Virus record (IMG/VR): IMGVR_UViG_3300032954_000021
Coordinates: 1-51,864 of that record
Origin: a virus
Taxonomy: Duplodnaviria; Caudoviricetes
Direction: 5' to 3' (one strand)
DNA length: 51,864 bases
Part shown: positions 45,188 through 51,864 of the stretch, in pieces
Layout: every line of letters begins with the position of its first letter
Position numbering within the stretch: position 1 is the stretch's first letter
Translations under genes and position numbers: made by a program
The notes under the pieces: generated by a model
Told to the model about the DNA's origin: nothing
Databases searched by the model: none
What the model saw: only the letters and a program-made list of their open reading frames with translations

Positions 45188-45651
45188 TGCGGCCAGCTAT
45201 CGTAGCACTGCTGCCCACTGATCAAGGCTTCCCCGTACTTGGCAATGTAAGCGTCCCACATTGGCCTGATGTCGACAGGTTGCATAGCCGGCTGCTGTCC
45301 TGCAGAAACTGGTCCAGGGTTGGCAGGCTGTGCTGCGGGGCTGCCGGCGGCGGCTGGCAGAGGCTGGCCTTTGCCGGCAGGCTGCTGCACGATGATAGGG
45401 CGATTGCTGACAGCAGTAAGAGCATCGTGAAGAGCCTTCTGCTGATCGAGAGCTGTCTGTAGTCCATCTGTCACTCCTTTCTGCCATCCGGCCTGTTGAG
45501 CGGCGTTCTGCTTCACCGCTTGCACGTCCGTCTTGAGCTGCGACACATTATCGCTATTGCCGCGCGCATTCCAGACGAACCAGGCAATGAAGCCGATCGC
45601 CGCCACGACGAAAGTCTCTTTGATGATCCCGAAGATTGCTGTGAATGTCAT
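45184..45651 (-). CDS. Inner-membrane spanin (Rz-like)
   Basis: N-terminal TM helix and coiled coil; last gene of the lysis cassette; contains an embedded lipoprotein ORF. Confidence 0.7.
   Translation of the reverse strand: MTFTAIFGIIKETFVVAAIGFIAWFVWNARGNSDNVSQLKTDVQAVKQNAAQQAGWQKGVTDGLQTALDQQKALHDALTAVSNRPIIVQQPAGKGQPLPAAAGSPAAQPANPGPVSAGQQPAMQPVDIRPMWDAYIAKYGEALISGQQCYDSWPH
45222..45467 (-). CDS. Embedded outer-membrane spanin (Rz1-like lipoprotein)
   Basis: LLLLSAIALSSC lipobox, Pro-rich, fully inside Rz in another frame. Confidence 0.65.
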   Translation of the reverse strand: MDYRQLSISRRLFTMLLLLSAIALSSCSSLPAKASLCQPPPAAPQHSLPTLDQFLQDSSRLCNLSTSGQCGTLTLPSTGKP

Positions 45652-45848
45652 TCTCGTTCATCCTTCTGTTTGTCGTCTCTGATCGTCAACCAGTGGTAGA
45701 TGCCGCCCATCGTGGCGCATATCCCACCCCAGGCCGTCATCAGCGCAACGGCATTCTCCTTCGATCCGAAGCGGAATATAAATACTGTGCCGGCGGCCCA
45801 AATGCCGCCGACCAGTATCATGATGAACCAGTCCCTGGAGTCCTTCAC
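45648..45848 (-). CDS. Two-TM holin-like protein
   Basis: Two hydrophobic helices and a charged C-tail. Confidence 0.5.
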   Translation of the reverse strand: MKDSRDWFIMILVGGIWAAGTVFIFRFGSKENAVALMTAWGGICATMGGIYHWLTIRDDKQKDERE

Positions 45849-45985
45849 ACCTTCTTCTCCACCTCGCTGGCTGTCTCGCTCGCCGCCTTCTCCACGTCTC
45901 CGACGACAGCCGCCGGCCCCTGCTTGCCAGCCCAGAACCCCAGGCCGAAGCCCACCAACAGTGAAATCGCGATTGCCCAGATCAT
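45845..45985 (-). CDS. 46-aa single-TM protein
   Basis: MIWAIAISLLVGFGLGFWAGKQG...; AGGAGG RBS. Confidence 0.6.
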   Translation of the reverse strand: MIWAIAISLLVGFGLGFWAGKQGPAAVVGDVEKAASETASEVEKKV

Positions 45986-45994
45986 TTGCTCCTC

Positions 45995-46234
45995 CTAGTC
46001 GTGATTGCCATTCGCATCCTCAGGGTCGAAAGTAACCCCGAGCTTCTTACAAACCTGCCTCATCACAGAGATGAGAAGGACAGTCTGCCGCCCGCGCGCA
46101 TTCGCCTCCTTACGCAGACCTCTCAGCTCGCTGATCATCCAAGCTCCGATCGCGCCGACAACTGTCGCGAAGCCGATCAAGAGCAGGTCCGTTGGGATAC
46201 CTGTTACATTATAGCCGTGCGTAGGGTCCATCAC
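45995..46234 (-). CDS. Single-TM holin/antiholin-like protein
   Basis: LLLIGFATVVGAIGAWMI, adjacent to the endolysin. Confidence 0.5.
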   Translation of the reverse strand: MMDPTHGYNVTGIPTDLLLIGFATVVGAIGAWMISELRGLRKEANARGRQTVLLISVMRQVCKKLGVTFDPEDANGNHD

Positions 46235-46671
46235 GCTACCATCCTAGCGCGGAGGCCGGCGTACCGCTGCGCGTCGAGCTTCGGATCTTGTGTGCGGCAT
46301 TCATTCGCCGCTGATGCGTAGTCGGGCGGCGTTTGCGAGAGGAAGGAGATCATTCTCGGATAGTGCAGCAGGCCGCCGAGCCCGGCATTGTAAGCTATGT
46401 CGATCAGCACCGACTGGCAGGAGACCGACAGCCCTGGATACCAGCTGTACTTCATCAGCACATCTTCGATCAGCTCCGCACGATGCTGCGTCAGCCACGC
46501 AACCTCCGCATCATCTAGACCATTCTCCAGATTGATGCCCACGCCGATCGAAAGGTTGCCGATCGGCCTGCACGTCACCCTGATGCCTGTCGCATCATTA
46601 TAGGCGAACTTCCTATATCCTTCTTCCGTGAGGATATGAGACATGAAATCCTGCATTGCTGAAGAGCTCAC
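46231..46671 (-). CDS. Endolysin, T4-lysozyme-like (GH24)
   Basis: EEGYRKFAYND...LSIGVGINL...VLIDIAYNAG. Confidence 0.85.
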   Translation of the reverse strand: MSSSAMQDFMSHILTEEGYRKFAYNDATGIRVTCRPIGNLSIGVGINLENGLDDAEVAWLTQHRAELIEDVLMKYSWYPGLSVSCQSVLIDIAYNAGLGGLLHYPRMISFLSQTPPDYASAANECRTQDPKLDAQRYAGLRARMVA

Positions 46672-46681
46672 AGAGAACCTC

Positions 46682-47149
46682 CTAAACGAGTGTAGTCCAG
46701 CTCCACATTGGCCAGCCTCTACGATACACGAACTCGATCGTATCGCCTGGGTTCAGCGTCAGCTTCCCATCCGCCGTGCTCCCGATCGAGACGCCATTAT
46801 GCAGGATGTTCGACACCTGCGCACTCTCAGCCTGCGCATACCAGCGCGCGACCATCGCGACTGCGAAGGTGTTCGTAACCGCAACGCCGCTCGCCGGGAA
46901 GGGCGGCGCTATGTAGTTGAGGTCCGTATCCTTCTGCGCAACAGGTATCGTCATCTCCCTCGAGTTGATCGAGTGGACGAAGTCCTGGGGCGGCCTCTCT
47001 TCGTTGCACTTGACGTGCCGCCACATGCCCTGCCAGTTCCGCACAGCCTCGCCAAACTTCAGCTTCGTATCACAAATACTGCAGTAGATGTTCCAATCGC
47101 CAGGAACGAAGCGATCTTCCGGACCACGCGCCAGCGCACTATTACCCAT
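46682..47149 (-). CDS. Phage protein with N-terminal Zn-finger-like motif
   Basis: GDWNIYCSIC..K...WQG...C.EERPPQDFV. Confidence 0.65.
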   Translation of the reverse strand: MGNSALARGPEDRFVPGDWNIYCSICDTKLKFGEAVRNWQGMWRHVKCNEERPPQDFVHSINSREMTIPVAQKDTDLNYIAPPFPASGVAVTNTFAVAMVARWYAQAESAQVSNILHNGVSIGSTADGKLTLNPGDTIEFVYRRGWPMWSWTTLV

Positions 47150-48509
47150 ACTTCATCCCCCGCACGTAGCCGTGCTTCTGCAGGAGCGGCAATTCCTTCT
47201 CCAGCCGCTCGCCTATATCTGTTCTGAACATGGTATTCGAAGGCATCTTCAGCCCCCACGTAGTCGTGTAGGCATCGTCCGAAGCCGCCTTCACCGTCTT
47301 CCCTGTGCCAGTGACGACAAGCGGATAGTTCCCTGCGGTGACCGGCATGGTGATCTGCGTAATGCCCTCGTCTAAGAGCATCGGCACTTGCCGCTCGCAC
47401 GCCTGCTGCCAATGCAGCTGATGTTCAATCCTGCCGCTCACTCCATAGATCGGGTAGCCGACCCAGGTATCGAGTGTGTCCTTTGGCCTCGAGTCGGCTG
47501 GACCGCCTCTCGGGAAATCTCCGTGAGTGACGCAAACACCCATCGCGACGTCAGGAGAGACGGCCAGCCTATCCTCACCTCCTAGAAGCGCTGCCATCCA
47601 CTCGACCGGGTCCTTCTGTATCACAGCTTGCCGTATGCAGAAGTCCGGCCACCCTAGCCGCATAGTGAACTCCAAAGGCCACGCACGACCCTCGCCGTCC
47701 ACCATGCAGTTTACCGAACAGTCCCCCACATAGTTGACCGAGTGCAGATAGTCCGAGACCGGCTCCAGCACCTCGTCGAACAGCTTACTCTGCATAACGT
47801 GTCGGATGACAGTGCCCATCTCGCCGGTGTTCTCTCCGAGGTCGTCGTTCAGGAACTTCTTATGCTCGAACGACTCCTCTAGCGCCCGGCACCAGCCGCC
47901 CGGACCGAACATGCCTGAGATGCCGACCTCGATTCCATCGACCTTCTCCTGCATCATCAGCTGACCTTTCCACAGCCCATCACGCCGCCAGCGCATGATA
48001 GTGAAGATAGCATCGTCTGCCGTCCGACTGACATACGTCATGTGCTTGTTCGAGTCCCCTCCCCAGGGCTTCATCGCATACGCCTTACGAGTGCGGACCA
48101 CGAGGTCGAGCGCCTCCTCCGGGGAGCTACACACAGAGAAAGGAATCGTCTCGACCCCGCAGTCCTTTAAGACTTTCTGCCCCATCTCGCGGTTGAGCTC
48201 GAGCTCAGCAGCCTTCGGATTAGTTCCGAAGATCGGGAAGCCGCGTCCGAAGTATTCGCTGAGCTCCGACATATAATCGGTGTTGCCGGTCAGGATGATC
48301 AGCTCCGCCCACGTCATGTGGGGCTTCCACTCGAGCGGCTTATAGATCATGCCGTCACCATACGGACGCCGCTTCCCGGTCTTAAACGGGGGCAGCCAGA
48401 AGCGAACGTCGTGGCCGGCCTCTTGCGCCCGAAGGGCGACGTCCAGCCCCGTACCCTCGCCGGCGTTATCGAGAACGAGGACTCTCACTCTGCCTCCTTC
48501 GGCTGCCAC
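47142..48509 (-). CDS. PurD (GAR synthetase)-like ATP-grasp ligase
   Basis: AAELELNR, MQEKVDGIEV, EHKKFLNDDLGENTGEMG, PLEFTMRLGWP, FRTDIG. Confidence 0.85.
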   Translation of the reverse strand: MAAEGGRVRVLVLDNAGEGTGLDVALRAQEAGHDVRFWLPPFKTGKRRPYGDGMIYKPLEWKPHMTWAELIILTGNTDYMSELSEYFGRGFPIFGTNPKAAELELNREMGQKVLKDCGVETIPFSVCSSPEEALDLVVRTRKAYAMKPWGGDSNKHMTYVSRTADDAIFTIMRWRRDGLWKGQLMMQEKVDGIEVGISGMFGPGGWCRALEESFEHKKFLNDDLGENTGEMGTVIRHVMQSKLFDEVLEPVSDYLHSVNYVGDCSVNCMVDGEGRAWPLEFTMRLGWPDFCIRQAVIQKDPVEWMAALLGGEDRLAVSPDVAMGVCVTHGDFPRGGPADSRPKDTLDTWVGYPIYGVSGRIEHQLHWQQACERQVPMLLDEGITQITMPVTAGNYPLVVTGTGKTVKAASDDAYTTTWGLKMPSNTMFRTDIGERLEKELPLLQKHGYVRGMKYG

Positions 48510-51500
48510 ACATTCCGGACGTGCTCTCTGTTTGCATGCGGCAGCAACTCAGCAACCTCGTCCGGCGTCGCTTTGTCGAGGACCTTGATCTGCTCCTGCC
48601 AGGGCAGCCGCATGAACATGCGCTGCGTGCCGGTGAGCTGAGAGTTGAGCGATCGGATCAGCCGGCGTTGGTCCTTCCCTGACAGCTCGTACTGCGCGAC
48701 CATCTTGTCCAGAATCTCTCCGTACTTGTCCGAGCCGGTCTGATACGCATTCCGCAGCATCGTATAGTCCTTCGAGTACTCCGCTCGTTCGTAGGGCGTT
48801 TCCTTCGGATTCACGTAGGCGCGGAACGCCGCCTTGATGCTCGCATCCGTCTTGGTCTCAGTCAGATACTTCGGAGCCGGCGTGAAGCCAAGCGCAGTCA
48901 GGACGCCCTGCTTGAGCGGCTGATCTGTGACGTTCTCCTGAATCGCCTTCATCGAGATCGGCTCGAGGTCGCTCAGCGAATAGGCGAGCGTCTGCTCCAG
49001 CTTCGTAAAGGCGTCGGCATCCGGGTCTCGAATGTGCTCTCCCCAGCTATTAATACCAGTCGTCCACTCATGCATCAGCCCGAACAGCCCCGAGCCCTTA
49101 TTCAGCACAAGCTCACTGAGCCCAGGCACCGCCCCCTCATTCTGCATGTGCTTGTACAGCGAGGCGAATTCCCGCGAATAGAACATAGTCGAGACTCGCT
49201 GCGGAGTGCCGTCCGGGTTCGTCTCTCCAGTCTTCGGAGAGATGTAGTCGAGCAGCTCGGTGGGCGGCTTACCGGTCATGCCATACGTCATGAGCCCTGA
49301 CACACCTGCGCCCAGCGTCGTGTACGCTGCGACGAAGATCGCTCGGTCCATATCGCCCTTGCGAATCTTCTGCAGCTTGTCGCCCGAGAGCGCCCACTGG
49401 CCGAGGTCCATAGCGCCGCCCCCATACTCACGGAGGAAGCCGAGCTGCCATCCGAGCGACAGTGTATCCAGGACCGCAACGTCCTTGATCCATCGCTTCC
49501 AGAACAGCGTGCTGTAGTTCATTTCTCCGTAGCGGTTCTCGACAGACTTCCCGAGCTTCCGCATCGCAAGAAGGCGAGCGGCATCATTCTCCGCCAGCTC
49601 GGGGTTGCGCTGCAGGAGATTCTTCGCGTCGCGGATAGCGCTCGCCGCCTTCAGCGCCGGTATCCAATCCTCGAAGATCGGCTTCGACATGGCGCTGATG
49701 AGTGCCCAAGGCAGGTGCCACGTCGCACGCATCACGTCTGTCGTAGCGCCGCCCGGCCTCCCGCCACGCCAAGAGCCCTGTGCGTCGCGCAGCGCATTCA
49801 TGAAGTTCGCCCGAGCGTTCGATCGGAAGCGAGAACTCATCTCCGGCGCTACGCCCATTTCTGTCAGCGTCTTGAGCGCCGCTGCCGTCTCCGGCTTGAT
49901 CTTGTCTGCAGGAATGCGCCCCTTCCAGGCCTCCATCAGCTCCCACCCGAGCGGCTTGGTCAGCCGGCGAATGCCCGGCAGCTCGGAGATCGGCCGATAC
50001 ATGAGCCCACTCTTGAGCATCTCTGCCAGCCCCTTGCCGGCCGGCACTGTGCCTGAGAGCATGCCCGAGAGACCGCGGGTCATCCCTGCTGACATATCGA
50101 TGCCGAGCACATGCAGCGGGTGGAATAGAGAGAGCGCAAGCCTAATCGGCACGAGAGCATTCTTAAGGGACATAAACCCTTTGAATGCCGACCCCGCAAC
50201 GCCCTTATCTTCCCAAAGGCTCTTGGACTTGAACGCGTTCTGCAGAATCGCGTCCGCTTGCGGCTCGACCCAGAACACGTCGCCATTGGGCGCCCTCCAC
50301 CTGGCGTAGCTCTCAGGCCTCTCCGTCCCCGGCGTCTTCTTGACGCGGAAGCTAACCTTCCCCTCGCTATCGACTTCCTTGACCAGCTCTTCCCTCGCTG
50401 CGACCTTTCGGATCGCGAGGCCGTAGCTGGCGAGATCGTTCAGAATCCCAATATGCATCTCCGCTATGTCCGAAGCGTGCTGCCGGGCGAGCATGATATC
50501 TTCTGGATTATCATAGCGAGGGCGGAAGCCGGCTGCCACTGCCTCCTCATAGAGGTCGAACGAGCGATCCTTGATGAATCCTGGATCGCCCCACTTGCTA
50601 CCGTACTTTTTCATGAAGTACGCGGAGACACCTTCAGCGTCCTCGAAGATATGCGCGAGGTAGTTCTCGCGCGGCTCGTAGGAGAAGCCCAGGCGTAAGT
50701 CTCGATCGGCGATCTTCGCCCCCCAGTCCCTGTACTTCCGAGCGAAGTCAGCCAGCGCGGGATCAGAGAAGGCTCCGCCTTTCTCGAATTTCTTGATGAA
50801 TTCCTGCGCCATATCGGGCCGGGCACGCCAGAACTTCAGCCTCGCCTGCGATCCAAAGCGCCACGCCGACTCCCTCTGCATCTGCTCTGTAATGCGCTGG
50901 GCGATCGCCGCAGCGGCAAGCTTCGCGTTGCGCCCGAGTGCCTCCGGCGCCATGCCCCGCATCAGCTGTTCGAGCGAGATCTTCAGAGAATCGCGAGCCC
51001 TTCGCACGCCCGCAGGGTCGATCAGCCGATTGATCTCTGTGACCGACTTCACGTCTCCGCGAGTCATCGACCCGCCATCGTCCAGGTTCGCAATAACCTG
51101 ATGGATGCTTCGACCCGAGGGCGGCTTGAGCTCGGACTGCATCTTCATCAGCTGCGACCCGACGCGCATGGACTGGTTCAGCAGGCGCAGCTCTCGCTGG
51201 TCTGTGATTCCGAGGTGCCGGCCGATCAGATTCCCCATCTGATTCAGCATGTTCTTCCACTTGTAGCCGAACGAAGCGTACTTCTCGGAGTTCGCGAGGA
51301 ACTCCTGCAGAACTGGATTCGTGAAGACTTCGGAGAGGAATTCGTAGCGGGGAGACATGCGCCTGAATGCAATGTCGCGGATGCCGCGAGTCCGCAAGCC
51401 GGTGCCTTCTAGATCTGCATTCTTCATCTGATCAAACGCAGCGCCGAGGATTCCGTAGCCAATATTGTGCTCCCCGAGCCGCCCGGCCTTCTGCGCCCTG

Positions 51501-51864
51501 ATCTTCGCCTCCTTGATAATGCCGTCCAGCTCTTTCAGAATTGGCGAACGAGGGTTGTTGATCGCTGACAGCTTCTCGGCCGGCGTTAGGTCACGTCCGA
51601 GCTCAGCCTTCGCCGCCTTCAGATCATTATCGATCAGCGTATCGAGCATGTTCACAGAAGTGCCATGCACGATCTCGTGTAGAGTCGTCTGCACAGTGTC
51701 GCTCGCGAGCATGCCAGTACTGACACGCACCTGATGATACTCAGGAATGTACTGCCCCTGCGCGCCTGGCATTGACGCCCTGCTCAGGAACTTGATCGGC
51801 ATGTTCGGATCGGCGTACTTGCTGAGCTTCTCCAGGAACGACTTCGCATACCCCTCTGCATGCG
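48485..51864 (-). CDS. C-terminal part (allele 2) of the large HExxH virion/ejection protein
   Basis: 1105-aa ORF open to the window edge; TLHEIVHG...EFLSEVF. Confidence 0.8.
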   Translation of the reverse strand, partial: HAEGYAKSFLEKLSKYADPNMPIKFLSRASMPGAQGQYIPEYHQVRVSTGMLASDTVQTTLHEIVHGTSVNMLDTLIDNDLKAAKAELGRDLTPAEKLSAINNPRSPILKELDGIIKEAKIRAQKAGRLGEHNIGYGILGAAFDQMKNADLEGTGLRTRGIRDIAFRRMSPRYEFLSEVFTNPVLQEFLANSEKYASFGYKWKNMLNQMGNLIGRHLGITDQRELRLLNQSMRVGSQLMKMQSELKPPSGRSIHQVIANLDDGGSMTRGDVKSVTEINRLIDPAGVRRARDSLKISLEQLMRGMAPEALGRNAKLAAAAIAQRITEQMQRESAWRFGSQARLKFWRARPDMAQEFIKKFEKGGAFSDPALADFARKYRDWGAKIADRDLRLGFSYEPRENYLAHIFEDAEGVSAYFMKKYGSKWGDPGFIKDRSFDLYEEAVAAGFRPRYDNPEDIMLARQHASDIAEMHIGILNDLASYGLAIRKVAAREELVKEVDSEGKVSFRVKKTPGTERPESYARWRAPNGDVFWVEPQADAILQNAFKSKSLWEDKGVAGSAFKGFMSLKNALVPIRLALSLFHPLHVLGIDMSAGMTRGLSGMLSGTVPAGKGLAEMLKSGLMYRPISELPGIRRLTKPLGWELMEAWKGRIPADKIKPETAAALKTLTEMGVAPEMSSRFRSNARANFMNALRDAQGSWRGGRPGGATTDVMRATWHLPWALISAMSKPIFEDWIPALKAASAIRDAKNLLQRNPELAENDAARLLAMRKLGKSVENRYGEMNYSTLFWKRWIKDVAVLDTLSLGWQLGFLREYGGGAMDLGQWALSGDKLQKIRKGDMDRAIFVAAYTTLGAGVSGLMTYGMTGKPPTELLDYISPKTGETNPDGTPQRVSTMFYSREFASLYKHMQNEGAVPGLSELVLNKGSGLFGLMHEWTTGINSWGEHIRDPDADAFTKLEQTLAYSLSDLEPISMKAIQENVTDQPLKQGVLTALGFTPAPKYLTETKTDASIKAAFRAYVNPKETPYERAEYSKDYTMLRNAYQTGSDKYGEILDKMVAQYELSGKDQRRLIRSLNSQLTGTQRMFMRLPWQEQIKVLDKATPDEVAELLPHANREHVRNVWQPKEAE
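49320..51864 (+). repeat. Terminal direct repeat, copy 2
   Basis: Colinear with 1-2539. Confidence 0.95.

Larger units (their letters stand above)
1..51864. mobile_element. Complete podovirus-like dsDNA phage genome (unit ~49.3 kb) plus terminal overlap
   Basis: Terminase, portal, capsid, tail adaptor/nozzle, lysis and replication genes are present, with no host genes. The start of the window recurs at 49320. Confidence 0.95.

Noticed and set aside
1-51864. Genome-wide TAG recoding
   Set aside because: Long core genes are intact in code 11, TAG-terminated genes (e.g. ending 3419) are followed by genes in other frames, and the in-frame junctions use all three stops.
49320-51864. Diversity-generating retroelement template/variable repeat pair
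   Set aside because: No reverse transcriptase; the differences are mostly synonymous, not adenine-specific, and the repeat is a 2.5-kb terminal overlap.
1-51864. Integrated prophage / temperate lifestyle
   Set aside because: No host flanks, integrase or CI/Cro pair recognised; the sequence closes on itself.

Overview
The window holds one complete, circularly permuted genome (unit about 49.3 kb, high GC) of a tailed dsDNA phage with podovirus-type architecture, probably infecting a Gram-negative host (Rz/Rz1 spanins, sigma70-type promoters). Bases 1-~2540 recur at 49320-51864 as a diverged second allele, not an exact copy. A leftward late arm runs from ~26.1 kb through the window ends to 45.2 kb: terminase, portal, GroES, scaffold, capsid, P22-like adaptor/nozzle, tailspike, ejection proteins, a ~1415-aa HExxH protein, a PurD-like ATP-grasp enzyme and the lysis cassette. 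A rightward early arm runs 26.5-45.2 kb: UvrD helicase, Cas4-like nuclease, AAA recombinase, ParB-methyltransferase, two HNH nucleases, a UDG-PolA fusion and a DUF3987-like helicase. I found no integrase, RNA polymerase, primase, RT, tRNA or CRISPR array. The most unusual signals are: (1) a dispersed intergenic palindrome TTATG-N5-CATAA whose arms reappear split around a ~325-nt rod-like inverted repeat with an AT-rich core; (2) a stand-alone CapW/BrxR-like wHTH with no WYL sensor; (3) a divergent PurD-like ligase coupled to the ejection module; (4) a protein-like ORF with no canonical start codon; (5) three early proteins sharing a C-terminal tag. All family assignments come from motif recognition by eye, not database searches.
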